DNA of 64,000 bases from an uncultured Planctomycetota bacterium (GTDB taxonomy: Bacteria > Planctomycetota > Planctomycetia > Isosphaerales > Isosphaeraceae): assembly GCA_963737655.1 (NCBI GenBank), contig CAVTTN010000002.1, forward strand, positions 3,744,001-3,808,000, read 5' to 3'. Position 1 is the first letter of the stretch. Every line of letters begins with the position of its first letter. Positions 30,800 to 42,914 of the stretch are shown one piece after another. A program made the translations under genes and the position numbers. The notes under the pieces are model-generated. The model did no database searches. It was not told the DNA's origin and saw only the letters and a program-made list of their open reading frames with translations.

Positions 30800-33700
30800 T
30801 CAAGCCTTCGGTCCCTTGCGGGCCTTCAGGTGGCTGGCCCAGTGCCTGGCCGCCGTCGGGTGGACGGCCGCGGCCTTCACGGCCTGGTGGGCCGTGGCCT
30901 TCACGGCGTGGTGGGCCTTGACCTTGGCGGTCGTCGGCAAGGTCAGAGTCGCGAAGCTGATCGTCGTCTGGTAATCCATCCCCACCGTCGGGTTGGCCGT
31001 CGTCCCGCCGAGCGCCCCGCCCGTGGTCGAGACGATCGCGCCGGTGCCGGTCCCCCGGATCGTCAGCCGATAGCTCTTGTGGACGTCGAGTTGATGGCTC
31101 GTCACGAGCGTGACGGTGGATGTCGTCGCGTTGTACACCGCCGAGACCAGACCGATGTTCGCCCCGCCGTTGACCGGGACGATCGTGTAATTGATCGGGT
31201 CCTGGGCGGTCGTCGCGTCGATCGGGTCGCTGAACGTGATGACCAGCTGGGTCGGCTGCTCGTGGATGCCGTACCGCCGGACGCTGGTCACGCTCAGCGG
31301 GGCGGCGGTGATCGGCGTGGGCGAGGTCGAGACGTCGGTCTCCAGGATGTTCAGGGTGGCCGAGGCGATCGAGCCGATCGACGCCCCTCCGGCCGGGTTG
31401 CTCAGGGTGAGGCCCACGGTCTGAGTGCCGTTGTTCACCTTGTCGTCGAGGACCGGCACGGTGAACGTCTTGGTCGTCTCGCCGTCGTTGAAGAACAGGC
31501 TGCCGGTGACCGGGGTGTAGTTCACCCCGGCCTGGCCCGAGCCTCCGCCGGTCGTGTAGTTCACCGACACCGGACCATCGGTCCCCCCGACGCGATTGAC
31601 GACGATCGTCGCCGACCCGCCGTTCTCGCCGATCGAGTAGCTCGGGGCCGAGAACTGGAGCTGGCCCGAGATGCCCGCCACGACCACGAGCTGGACGTTC
31701 GAGCTGTTCGAGGCCACGGTGTCGGCCTGGTCGGCCGAGACGCTGGCGGTGTCGTTGAGCAGCCCCATCTGATAGGGCTGGATCACGATGGTCACGGTGG
31801 CCGTCTGCCCGACGGACAGGCTGCCGATGGGGATCTGCAAGACCGATCCCGGAGTGGTGGCGGCCCCGTTCGGCCCGTTGGCCGAGATGAAGTTCACGCC
31901 CGAGGGGAGCGTGTCGGTCAGGACGACGTTCGTGGCGTCGCTCGGCCCGTTGTTGGTGACGTTCAGCGTGTAGGTCAGGTAGCCGTGGAGCGCGACCGGG
32001 TTGGCCGAGGCCGATTCGGTGATCGCCAGGTCCGCGGCCGGGATCACCTGGGCCGAGGCCGTCGTGGCGTTGTTGTCCTCGTTGCCGTCGGAGCCGATCG
32101 AGGTGACGGTGGCCGAGGTGTTCACGACGCCCGGGCCGGTGGGGGTGACGACCAGGGTGATCGTCGAGAGCCCGCCGTTGGGGAGGTTGCCGACGAGGAC
32201 CGTGACCGTCTGGCCGGAGACGGTCACCGTCCCGAGGGTGGCCTTGGCCGAGGTGATCGTCACCCCGGCCGGCAGGGTCTGGACGTACTCGACTCCCGTG
32301 GCGGCGGACGGCCCCCGGTTGATCACGTTGCCGGTGATCGTCAGGGGCTGGCCGAGGAGGACCGTCGGCGGCAGGGCGGCGAGCGTGACCGTCACGTCCG
32401 AGGACGGCTTCACCGTCGTCGAGGCGGTGGCCGTGAGCACGTCGCCCGGCGGGTGGGCCTGGACCGAATCCACGCTGGCCGTATCGACCAGGGTGCCGGT
32501 GGCCGTGGTGTTCACCGTGACCGTCACCTGGGCCTGGCCGCCCTTGGGGATCGTGCCCAGGCCGGCGATGAACGTCCCGTTGTTGATCGCCTGGCTCGCC
32601 CCGCTGGGCACCGTGGCCGAGACGAACGTGGAGCCGGCCGGGATCAGGTTGGTCAGGGTCACCCCGGTGGCGGTGCTGGGCCCGGTGTTGCCGACGAGGA
32701 TCGTATAGGTGACGTTCTGGCCGATCAGGACCGTGTCCGGGATGCTCGTGACGAACACCGTCAGGCTCGCGGACGGGTTGACCTGGACCGAGCTCGACGT
32801 GGCGTTGTTGTTGGTCGAGACCGGGTCGGGCGTGATCGCCGTCTCGAAGGCGCTATTGGAGAGCGAGCCCGCCGAGGTCGCCACGGCGGTGATCGTGACC
32901 ATCGCCGTGTTCGATCCCAGGGTCGCCGGCAGGGTCCCGAGGTTGGCCGTGACGGTCTGGCCCGACACGGAGACCGTCCCCACGCTCGACGTGTACGACT
33001 GGATCACCAGCCCGGCCGGCAGCGTATCGAAGACCTGGACCCCGGCCGAGTTGCTGGGCCCGTAATTCGTCGCCGTGATCACGTAGGTGACCGTCCCGTT
33101 GACCAGGGCCGAATTCGACTGCGGGCGGATCGTCAGGCCCACGTCGGCCGAGGCGTCGATCTGCGTCTGCACCGGGTTGGAGGCGATCGGATAGGAGGCG
33201 AACGGGTCGAGGACGTCGGAGGTCACGGTCGCCGTGTTGGTCACGGTCGTGAAGGTCGTGTTGTCGGCGGTCGCCTGGGGCCGGACGGTGATGGTGGCCG
33301 TGGCGGTGCCGTTGCTGACGATGTTCCCCAGGCTGATCTTGACCACGCCGTTGGCCACGCCCAGCAGCGTCCCCTGGCTCTGCGAGACCGACTGATAGAG
33401 CAGGCCCGCCGGCAAGGCGTCGGAGACGATCACGTTCGTGGCCGTGTTCGGGCCGGTGTTGGTCACGGTGATCTGGTACTGGAGGTCGTTGCCGACGGAG
33501 ACCTCCGTCGGGTTCGACACCAGGGTGATCCCCAGGACGGCCGCCGCCCCGATCGTCGCGCCGAAGCTCGCCGTGTTGTTGCCGGGCTTCGGGTCGCCCT
33601 GGCCCAACGCGGTGTTGAGCGAGACGGTGGCCGAATCGGTCAGGACCCCGGCGGTCTGCGGGGTCACGGTGATGGTCAGGGTCGCCACGTTGCTCCCGGC

Positions 33701-36700
33701 CGTGGCCGAGAGCGACGGGAACGTGGCGTTGACCGTCGATCCGTTGATGGTGAACGTCCCGCCGGGGCTGGCCACGACGGTCACGTTCTTGACGTTCGCC
33801 GGCAGGGTATCGACGATCGTGACGCCCTGGGCGTCGTCCGGCCCCAGGTTGGTGGCGGTCACCACGAAGGTGAACGGCTGGCCGACGAAGCCCGAGGGCG
33901 AGGTCTGCGGGGAGACCGCGGCGACCAGGTCGGCCGTGGCGTTGATCGTCGTGGTGGCGGGCGTGGCCGTGTTATTGGCGGGGTTCGGGTCGGCCTCGGG
34001 GTCGGCCGAGGCCATGGCGTTGACCGTCAACGAACCCTGGGCCGTGGCCTCCAGGACCACGCTGATCACGGCCGATCCGCCGGGGGCCGTGAGCGCCCCG
34101 AGGTCCGCCGTGATCGTCAGGCCGTCGGGGCTCAGGGTGTAGGTGCCCTGGCTCACGGTGATCGAGTCGAGCTTCGCGCCGGAGGGCAGGCCCTCGACGA
34201 CCATCACGTCGGCCGCGTCGCTCGGCCCGGCGTTCTTGACCGTGAGGTTGTAGGTGATCGGCTGGCCGATCAGCGCCGTCGTCGGGTAGCTCGTCCCGGG
34301 CGTGCCGAAGGTGGCGGAGATGTCGGCCGAGGAGACGGCCACGGCGGTGAGGGTCACCGTGTTATTGGCCGAGTTGAAGTCCCCCTCATTGCTCGTGACC
34401 GAGGCGACGTCCACGAGAGTGCCCGGCGACCCGGGGCGGACGAGGATCGTCAGCGTGGCCGTGGCGTTGGGCGCGAGGCCGATCCCTCCGAAGCTCGCCG
34501 TGACGATCCCTCCGCTCTGCAGGACCGTCCCCTGGCTGACCGAGGCCGACAGATACGTCACCCCGGCGGGCAGGGTGTCGGTCACGGTCACGCCCGTGGC
34601 CGGGTTGGGGCCGTGGTTGGTCACGTAGATGGTGTAGGTGAGCGTCGATCCCACCTGGACCGGGTTCGGCGAGGCGTTGGAGAGGATGCCGGTCTGGCTC
34701 TGGGTGATGTCCAGGTCGGTCGAGGCGTTGCCCGAGACGATCGCCTGGGAGAACTCGGAGGTATTGCCGGAGGAGTCCGTGGCGGTGGCCGTGATGAACT
34801 CGCCGGCGTCCACGTGGACCGGCACCGACGCCGAGATCGCCACGCCGCCCGTGTTGTCGGCCGTGACGACCTTCTCGCCGAGGAACGTCTCCCCTTCGCC
34901 GAAGCCGGTCGGGTCGGCCGTCGGGCTGGCGAAGAACTGGATCGTGTAGGTCTGGTTGGCCACCCCGAGGAGCGTCCCCTGGATCGACGTGGAGTTCGGG
35001 CCGGACAGGGCCGAATCCAGGGTGGGGAAGTTCTGGAGGAGGTTGGGCCCCGAGGCGTGAGGCGGCGGCGAGTTGAACGTCACGCCGTCCTCGCCGAGGT
35101 CAATCCCCAGCCCGGTATTGGAATAGAACGAATTGTTGCGGATCGAGACCGACGAGCCCGTCTTCACGCCGACCCCGCCGGTCGTGCCGATGCCCGAGGC
35201 CCCGTTGAAGGCGATCGTGTTGCCGATCGCGCCCGAGCCCGAGCCGGCCGATCCCGTGCCGATCTGGATCCCGCTGCTGCCCTCGACCGAGATCCCCCAG
35301 AGGCCGTTGCCCAGGTTCGGCTGGAGGCCGCTGAGGTCCACGCCGATGAAATTGCCCTCGACCAGGGCATTGATCGTGGCCTGCTCGGTGAACCGGATGC
35401 CGTCGGCGGTGTTGCCGGCGATCACGTTGCCGGCGGCGCGGGTGGTGCCGCCGATCAGGAGGTTGGTCCCTCCCGAGACCAGGATGCCGGAACCTCCGTT
35501 GGGGGCGGTGGCCACGTCGGACTGGGCCACGCCGATGTAGTTGCCGAGGATCGCCGTGTTGTCGGCCCCGGTCATCAGGACGATGCCCGAGCCGACGTTG
35601 CCGGAGATCACGTTGTCGAGCGTGCCGACGGCCCCGCCGAGGGTGTTGCCGGCGTCCTTCACGTCCACGCCGTCGCCGCCGTTGGGGATGGCGTTGGTGC
35701 CGTTGCCGGCCAGGCCGATGAGGTTCGCCCCCGCCAGGTTGTTGGTCCCTCCCGAGGCGAACGTGACCCCGGCCCCGGTGTTCCCGGAGATCACGTTCCT
35801 CGCGCCGATCACCGAGCCGCCGATCGTGCTGCCCGAGGAGCTGACCGTGATCCCGTCGCTGCCGTTGGGCACCCGGGACGTGGCCATCGTGTCGGTGCCG
35901 ATGAAGTTGCCCTGGATCAGCGCGTTGGTCCCGCTGGCCGAGAGCACCACGCCCGCCAGCGAGTTGCCGGAGATCACGTTCCTGGCGGCGGTGGTCGTCC
36001 CGCCGAGCGTGACGTTCGGGATGCCGATCGAGACGCCCGGGCCGGCGTTGGGCATGGCCGAGTTGGCCGAGCCGTTCAGGCCGATGATGTTGCCGACGAT
36101 CAGGTCGCCGCCGCCCGCGCTCGGGGCGTTCACGAGGAGGATTCCGGCCCCGGCATTGCCCGAGATCACGTTCCCCCCGCCGATCGTGTTGCCTCCCGAG
36201 CTATCCAGGACGACACCGCCGGAGGAGTTCGCCAGGGCCGTCGAGGCGGTGGCGTCGGTGCCGATCTTGTTGAACGCGATGAGGTTCGACGCCGATCCCG
36301 AGATCGACACGCCGAACCCGCCGTTGCCCGAGATCAGGTTGCCGAACCCCGCCGACGGCCCGCCCACCGAGTTGCCCGACGACGAGATCGCCACGCCCAC
36401 GGCCAGGGACCCCGAGCCGTTGCCCAGGGCGATCGAGCCGGTGCGGTCGGTCCCGATGTAATTGCCGGCGATCACCGTCCCCGAGCTGAAGGCGCCGTTG
36501 ATCACCGTGACGCCGCCCAGCGCGTTGCCCGAGATGATGTTCCGGGCCCCGGCCGTCGAGCCGCCCACGGTCGTGGCGAGACCGGCGGTGATCGCCACCC
36601 CGGAGGAGAGGTTCGGCAGGGCCGTGACGCCGTTGGCGTCGGTGCCGATCAGGTTGCCGGCGATCAGGTTCCCGGTGATTCCCGCCTCGCCCACGTCCAC

Positions 36701-38261
36701 GCCGATCTGGTTGCCGGAGAGCACGTTGCCCGTGCCGGTCGTCACCCCACCGATGGTGTTCCCGGAGGACAGGACATGCACGCCCACCCCCGTGTTGGGC
36801 AGGGCCTTGGTCCCGCTCAGGTCGATGCCGACATAATTGCCCGCGATCACGTTGCCCGTGCCGGCTCCGCTGACGTTCGACAGCAGGATGCCGTCGCTGC
36901 CGTTGCCCGAGACCACGTTCCGCGCCGACGACCGAGCCGCCGATCGTGTCGTTCGTCCCGCCGTCGATCGAGATGCCGTAGGTGCCGTTGGGGATCGCCA
37001 CCAGGCCCGTCGGGCTCGTGCCGATCAGGTTGGCGGCGAGCAGGTTCTTGCTCGCCCCGGCGCCCTGAACCAGGACGCCGACCCCGGAATTGCCGGCGAT
37101 CACGTTGCCCGAGGACCCCGAGGTCCCGCCCATCGTCACCCCGCCGGTGTTCTGGATCGAGATCCCGGTAGTGTTCGGGATCGCCGCCGAGCCCGCCGGG
37201 TTCAGGCCGACGTAGTTGCCCAGGATCGCGCTGCCGGTGGACGGGGCCGTGTTGGCGTCGACGAGGACGCCCGTGGTGTTCCCCGAGATCAGGTTCCGCG
37301 TGCCGAAGGCCGTCCCCCCGACGGTGTTGCCCGGGGCGCTGAGCTCGATGCCCACCATGTTGCCCAGGGGATTCACGCCGTCGGCGTCGATCCCGACGTA
37401 ATTGCCGACCACGACGTTGCCCGAGGTCGCCGCGCCGTAGATCCCGATCGCCACGGAGTTGCTGCCGAAGACGTCTCGCGACAGCGCCGTGGTGCCGCCG
37501 ATGGTCGTCCCGATGGTCCCGCCGACGAGCACCACGCCCGAGGTGTTGCGGAGCGAGCCCAGGCCCGTGGAGGTGATCCCCACCAGGTTGCCCGAGACCA
37601 GATCGGCCGAGCCTCCGTTGACCTCCACGCCCGTGATGTTGCCCGAGATCACGTTGCGGGTCGCCGCCGTGGCGCCTCCGACCGTCGTCCCGGCCCCGAC
37701 GACCAGCGCGCCGACCGAGTTGCCGCCGCCCACCTGGACCAACCCGGCCGCGTCCGTGCCGAGGAACACGCCGCTGAACTGGTCGCCGCCCGCGCCGGCC
37801 GTCTCCGCGATCCCGGCGCCCGAGGAGAACCCGTTGATCGCCAGCCCCTGGATCGTCACGGCCGTCGTGCCGATCGTGAATCCGTCGGCGCTCGGGATGT
37901 TGCCCCCGTTCAACAGCAGGCTGATCTTCGCGTTCGAGCCGTCGGACAGCGTGTTCTGCGACGAGCCGGGCTCGCTGTAGCCGTCGATGATGACCGACTG
38001 CGTGATCGTCGGCAGCGCCGTGGCGGGCGCGATCGTGTGGATGCCGCCCCCGGTGATGTTGAACCCGATCGAGTTCGCCCCGGTGCTGCCGTTGACGCCC
38101 AGGATCGCCGCGCGGAGCGAGCCGGCGCCCGAGTCGTTGGTGTTGGTCACCGAGAAATTCGCCAGCAACTGGCGTTCTTCCAGGGCTTCAAGCCTCGGCC
38201 GACGGCTCCGGGCCTGGGCGGTCCGGGCGCGGAGGGCGGACCCGGTCGGTCGATTCCTCAT
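30800..38261 (-). CDS. Giant extracellular protein (~2490 aa): planctomycete N-terminal motif, parallel beta-helix repeats, about 8 DUF11 repeats, Calx-beta; frameshift near 36920
   Basis: RPRLEALEERQLLA; FSVTNTNDSGAGSLRAAI; many NVISGN/GN.IG repeats; eight Y/F.I.V.N.GP..A..V...DTLP units; LQFSAPSYSIGENGGSATI. Joins ORFs 36201..38312 and 30800..36916. Confidence 0.85.
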
Positions 38262-38642
38262 CGGTGGCTCTCCCGTGGAGCGATCTATTATGGTGGGGGG
38301 GCGCCCGGGCACCCGAAAGATCGTTGGAATCCATGCAAGGCTAAGTGACTACAACGTCCTGTATGGAAGACTTTACCAGTTCAGACGCCCCAGTCAAAAG
38401 AATCATGCCGCGAATTCCGGTCGTCCGCATGATCCGGGCGGACGTTGACGAATCGCGCGGTCGCGACGATCGCGACGGTCCAAGGACTTGCGCCGTTTCT
38501 CCCCATCCTCACGCCCACCCCCCTCGGAGGAAAACACGCGGGCGCTTTGCTCCGACTGTCTTGGGGATATCTTCACGAGAAAAGAGCGCAACCGAACCGA
38601 TGCGATCCCTTCGCGCCCGGCAGGGCGCCGGCGCGGGGACGT

Positions 38643-38682
38643 AAAACGACGACGCGGAGGCCGGTCGTCGGCCTCCGCGTCG
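38643..38682 (-). terminator. Probable intrinsic terminator after the DUF1552 gene
   Basis: 14-bp stem cgacgcggaggccg / cggcctccgcgtcg, followed on the minus strand by tcgtttt. Confidence 0.6.
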
Positions 38683-38717
38683 GCGATGGATTCGCGATCA
38701 AGCCCGATGGGCGGTCG

Positions 38718-40058
38718 TCAGCCCTCCAGCCCGGTCAGCCTTCCGGTGCTGTCGCCGAGCTTCTCCGCGGGCACTCCCATCCGGTCGAGCATCGACAGGA
38801 ACAGGTTATTCAGCGGGGTCTTCGAAGAGTACTTCACGTGGCGGCCGGTCGCGATCGTCCCGCCCGCCTTGCCGACGAGCAGGACGGGCAGGTCGTCGTG
38901 GTTGTGCCGGTTGCCGTCGCTCAGGCCGCTGCCGTAGACGATCATCGAGTGGTCCAGGAGGCTCCGGCCGTCGCTCTCCTTCGCCTCCTTCAGCTTGCCG
39001 ACGAAGTAGGCGAACTGTTCGAGGTGGAACTTGTTGATCGTCTTGATCTTCTCATGCTTCTTCGGGTCGTTGCCGTGGTGCGAGAGGTCGTGGTGCCCCT
39101 CGGGGACGCCGAGGAAGGGGTACGGCTTGGTCGATCCCTCGTTCGCATACATGAACGTGCCGATCCGCGTGAGGTCGGCCTGGAAGGCCAGGGCCATCAT
39201 GTCCCCCATCAACCGGATGTGCTCCCGGTAGTCGTGGGGGATGCCGGCGGGGGCCTTGTAGTCGGGCGCCACGTCCGCCTTCGCCTCGACCCGCACCAGC
39301 CTCCGCTCGATCTCGCGGACCGACGTGAGGTACTCGTCCAGCTTCTTCCGGTCGTTCGAGCCGAGGCGGGAGCCCAGCTGCTGGGCGTCGGAGGCGACGA
39401 AGTCGAGGACGCTCTTGCGGTAGCGGTCGCGACGGGCTTTGGCCTCGTCGTACCCCTGGCCTCCGGCGAACAGCCGTTCGAAGACCAGGCGAGGGTTGAC
39501 CTCCTTGGCCATCGGCTGGGACTCGGTCCGCCACGAGATGTTCGACGAATAGGCGCAGCTGTAGCCCGAGTCGCAATTGCCGGCCTGGGCGCCCCTCTCC
39601 GTGCCGAGTTCGAGCGAGGGGAACCGCGTGGACTGGCCGACCTTCTGCGCGGCCACCTGATCGACCGAGGCGCCAACCTTGATGTCGGCCCCGTCGGTCT
39701 TCTTGGGATGGGCGCCGGTGAGGAACGTGGCCAGGGCCCGGGCGTGGTCGCCGGGTCCGTCGCCCAGGGCCTCGCCGGTGTGCTGGGCCAGCCCGCTCAT
39801 CACCAGGGTGTCGGACTTGAACGCCTCCAGGCACTTGAGGATCTCGGGGAGCTCGAAGCTCGACCCCTCCTCCTTCGGCTTCCAGTCCGGCATGTGGACG
39901 CCGTTGGGCACGTAGAAGAACGCCATCCGCAAGGGAGGTGTCTTCGCGGCGTCGGCCGCTCGCGCCAGGACCGGCGACATCGCCTCCAGCCACGGCAGGG
40001 CGACCGCCGTGCCGAGCCCTCGAAGGACGGTCCGCCGAGACATCGGGCCCCTGCTCAT
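38718..40058 (-). CDS. DUF1552 domain protein (Tat-like signal)
   Basis: MSRRTVLRGLG.AVALPWLEAM; FFYVPNG; SVDQVAA; FPSLELG; CDSGYSCAY; HHDLSHH; GNRHNH. ATGA overlap with the upstream gene. Confidence 0.93.
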   Translation of the reverse strand: MSRGPMSRRTVLRGLGTAVALPWLEAMSPVLARAADAAKTPPLRMAFFYVPNGVHMPDWKPKEEGSSFELPEILKCLEAFKSDTLVMSGLAQHTGEALGDGPGDHARALATFLTGAHPKKTDGADIKVGASVDQVAAQKVGQSTRFPSLELGTERGAQAGNCDSGYSCAYSSNISWRTESQPMAKEVNPRLVFERLFAGGQGYDEAKARRDRYRKSVLDFVASDAQQLGSRLGSNDRKKLDEYLTSVREIERRLVRVEAKADVAPDYKAPAGIPHDYREHIRLMGDMMALAFQADLTRIGTFMYANEGSTKPYPFLGVPEGHHDLSHHGNDPKKHEKIKTINKFHLEQFAYFVGKLKEAKESDGRSLLDHSMIVYGSGLSDGNRHNHDDLPVLLVGKAGGTIATGRHVKYSSKTPLNNLFLSMLDRMGVPAEKLGDSTGRLTGLEG

Positions 40059-42379
40059 TTCGCGTCTCCCCTGGCCTTGCGCTTGAGGAACGGGTCGCTC
40101 CGGACGATCTCCAGGACCAGACGGGAGAACCGATGGCCGTCGGCGGCCGTCGCCTGGGCGATCCGGTCCACGTAGCAGGAATCGGCGTCTTCCAGCCCCC
40201 GGCCCAGGGCATACGTCAGCATCTTTTCCGACAGGCACCGCGTGAATTCCTTCGACTTCCCCCGGAGGATCTCCCGCAGACCCTTCGGGCCCGAGAACGA
40301 CTGGCCGCCGGGCAGGACGCCCGACGAGTCGATCGGCTGGCCGCCGTCCTGCTCTCGCCAGGCGCCCACGGCGTCGAAGTTCTCGAGCCCGAACCCCAGG
40401 GGGTCCATCTTCGCGTGGCAGGTCGCGCAGCTGGGGTTCGCCCGGTGCTGCTCCATCTTCTGGCGGATCGTCCCGGACAGCGGCTTGTCGTTCTCGTCCT
40501 TCGTCCTGAGCTCGGGGATCTCCGGCGGGGGCGGAGGCGGGGGCGAGCCGAGCAGTTGCTCCAGGACCCACTTGCCCCGCTTCACCGGAGAGGTCCTCGT
40601 CGCGTTCGACGTGACGGTCAGGACGCTCGCCTGGCCGACCAGTCCCCCGCGCCGGCCGTCCTTCAGCGCGACCCGGCGGAACTCGTCGCCGTTCACGCCG
40701 TCGATCCCGTAATGCCGGGCGAGGCGTTCATTGAGGAAGGTGAAGTCCGAGTCGAGGAAGTCGAGGATGCTGCGATCTTCCTTGACGATCGACTCGAAAT
40801 AGTGCTCGGTTTCGAGCCTCATCGCCTTCCGCAAGGGCTCATCGAACCCGGGGAACTGGCCGGCGTCGGGGGCGATGTTGGCGAGGTTCCGCAGCTGGAG
40901 CCACTGGCCGGCGAAGTTCTCGGTGAGGGCGTGCGCCTTCGGGTCCCGGAGCATGCGGATCACCTGGGCGTCGAGCGTCCCGGGCGAATGCAGCTCTCCT
41001 TTCCGAGCGAGGTCCAGCAGCTCGTCGTCCGGCATGCTGCTCCAGAGAAAGTACGACAGGCGGGACGCCAGCTCCTCGTCATTCACCAGGTGCGAGGCCC
41101 CCGGCGCGTCGCGGTCGAGCTCGACCCGGAACAGGAAGTGGGGCGAGACGAGCACGGCCTCCACCGCCAGCCTCAGCCCGACCTCGAACCGCTCGCCGTC
41201 GAGCTGGGCCATCTCGAAGAACCGCATCAGCCGCTCGATCTCCTCGGGCGAGACGGTCCGGCGATAGGCCCGGCCGGCGAACTTCGTCATGATCTGGCGG
41301 ATCGTGTCCTTGTCGCCCAGACCTCGGGGCCTGCGGAAGACGATCTTCAGGTGGGATTCGGGCAGGCGGCCCTTGTCCGGCTGGATCGGCCCGACGATCT
41401 CCCAGAAATTCTTGCGGACGACGAGGTTGCGGTCCTTCTTCTTCTCGTCCTTCTCGTGCTCGTCGTAGAAGTCATTCAGGAACCGGACTTCCAGCCGATG
41501 CGTGCCCTTGGACGCGTGGAATTTCGCTTCCGAGTTGGTGAAGTCCTCGGCGCGGGCCTTGACCTCGGCCTCGCCGATCGGCATCCCATCGAAGAGGAAG
41601 CCCATCTTGACCGGCTCGGGCCCGGCCTGCTCGCCATACGCCTGGACGCGAATCCGATAGTCGCCCTCGGCCGCGAACTCGTAGGAGAGGCCGGTCGTCT
41701 GGCCGGTCGTGGTCAGGAGCCGGCCGTTGCGACCCGAAGGGGTGCCATCGCCGGCGTCCTTGCCGAGGAAAAGGTTCTTCACGCGAGGCCGGGGCGGGTT
41801 ATCATCGACGATCGCCCGCGCCGCGATCTTCTCGGCCGCGTCGAGGTAGCGTTCCATCAACAGGGGCGGCAAGGTCAGCACGTCGCCGATATTGTCGAAT
41901 CCATAGCCGACGTCGTCCGAGGGGAAGTCGTCGGTGGGCTCGAAATCGATCCCCATGAGGTCGCGGATCGTGTTGCGATACTCGTTGCGATTCAGGCGGC
42001 GGAGGGTGACCCGGCCGGGGTCGTCCAGCAGGCGGCAATCGGCCTTCGAGAGGGCCGAGTCCACCCACGCCACGGCCTTGCGGACCTCGGCCTCGGCCGG
42101 CTGGGGCTGGTCCTCGGGCGGCATGGTGCCGGAATCCAGGGCCTCGCGGACCCGTTCCCAGGTCTTTCGCGACTTCAGGGCCGAGGACGCATCGGCGAAC
42201 GAGGCCAGGTCGATCTTGGCCTTCGGTTTCTCGGGCCCGTGGCACTTCACGCAGAACCGGCCGACCAGGGGCGCCACGTCGGTGCGGAACGCCGACGATT
42301 CGGGCGTCTCGTCGCCCCGGGAGGGGCCGGAGACGCCGATCGCGAGGGTCGCGACGGCCAGAATCCGTCCAATGCGCAT
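40055..42379 (-). CDS. DUF1592/DUF1588/DUF1587/DUF1585 protein with c-type heme motifs
   Basis: CVKCH; LRRLNRNEYRNTIRDL; GFDN; LASRLSYFLWSSMPD; NFAGQWL; TSPVKRGKWV; CATCH; YALGR. Confidence 0.93.
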   Translation of the reverse strand: MRIGRILAVATLAIGVSGPSRGDETPESSAFRTDVAPLVGRFCVKCHGPEKPKAKIDLASFADASSALKSRKTWERVREALDSGTMPPEDQPQPAEAEVRKAVAWVDSALSKADCRLLDDPGRVTLRRLNRNEYRNTIRDLMGIDFEPTDDFPSDDVGYGFDNIGDVLTLPPLLMERYLDAAEKIAARAIVDDNPPRPRVKNLFLGKDAGDGTPSGRNGRLLTTTGQTTGLSYEFAAEGDYRIRVQAYGEQAGPEPVKMGFLFDGMPIGEAEVKARAEDFTNSEAKFHASKGTHRLEVRFLNDFYDEHEKDEKKKDRNLVVRKNFWEIVGPIQPDKGRLPESHLKIVFRRPRGLGDKDTIRQIMTKFAGRAYRRTVSPEEIERLMRFFEMAQLDGERFEVGLRLAVEAVLVSPHFLFRVELDRDAPGASHLVNDEELASRLSYFLWSSMPDDELLDLARKGELHSPGTLDAQVIRMLRDPKAHALTENFAGQWLQLRNLANIAPDAGQFPGFDEPLRKAMRLETEHYFESIVKEDRSILDFLDSDFTFLNERLARHYGIDGVNGDEFRRVALKDGRRGGLVGQASVLTVTSNATRTSPVKRGKWVLEQLLGSPPPPPPPEIPELRTKDENDKPLSGTIRQKMEQHRANPSCATCHAKMDPLGFGLENFDAVGAWREQDGGQPIDSSGVLPGGQSFSGPKGLREILRGKSKEFTRCLSEKMLTYALGRGLEDADSCYVDRIAQATAADGHRFSRLVLEIVRSDPFLKRKARGDAK

Positions 42380-42538
42380 GATAAGGCGGGACCCCATGAG
42401 GGGGATGGAGGCGGGTTGAGCCTCCATTATGATCGGCTCGGCGAGGAATTCAACCGAGAAGCGCGTCAACCCGACCGCGAAATCCGTCGATTTTTTCCCA
42501 GACGGCCCCATGGTTGCATCGAACCACCGAGCCAACGC

Positions 42539-42715
42539 ATGACCAACCCACCGGACACCACCCCAAAGCCCCCGAACGAGCCGCAAACCTCGTCCAGGCC
42601 ACCCCGCCCGGCCTGCCCGGCCTGCGGAGGCCCGTTGGTCGAGATCCGAATGAAGCTCCAGTGCGCCCGATGCCGGACCATCTGCGAGACCTGCTGCGAA
42701 GGCGGACGCGGGTAA
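42539..42715 (+). CDS. Small Cys-rich Zn-ribbon-like protein (58 aa)
   Basis: MTNPPD...CPACGGPLVEIRMKLQCARCRTICETCCEGGRG*; hidden at the end of spurious ORF 39938..42715. Confidence 0.7.
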   Translation: MTNPPDTTPKPPNEPQTSSRPPRPACPACGGPLVEIRMKLQCARCRTICETCCEGGRG

Positions 42716-42730
42716 CACGGAGGAAATCCC

Positions 42731-42856
42731 GTAGGGTGCATGAAATGCACCATCGTGTCGGGTGCATGAAATGCACCAACCTGCAGGGTGCATGAAATGC
42801 ACCAACGCCCTTCGGCAAGCGTGTGGATCGAAGATGGTGCATTTCATGCACCCTAC
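42731..42856. repeat. GTAG-family REP cluster (3 direct copies + 1 inverted copy)
   Basis: GTAG/GTCG/GCAG followed by GGTGCATGAAATGCACC at 42731, 42757 and 42783; exact reverse complement of the first copy at 42836..42856. Confidence 0.85.
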
Positions 42857-42914
42857 AACCGGGTGCTTACGTCTTCGTAAGCAGGCCACCCGAATTTCGA
42901 GCTTTGACAGACGA

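Noticed and set aside
30554..37171. 2205-aa plus-strand ORF and other long antisense ORFs (e.g. 3703..6954, 53374..56853, 27847..30726)
   Set aside because: These are shadow ORFs of high-GC genes on the opposite strand or in another frame; Arg/Gly/Pro-rich with no motifs.
38718..42379. DUF1592-DUF1552 pair as a novel system
   Set aside because: Its function is unknown, but it is a very common and already catalogued gene pair in planctomycetes; nothing distinctive here.
42731..42856. Possible CRISPR array
   Set aside because: The units are 17-21 bp with only ~5-9 bp between them, one copy is inverted, and no cas genes are present; this fits REP elements.
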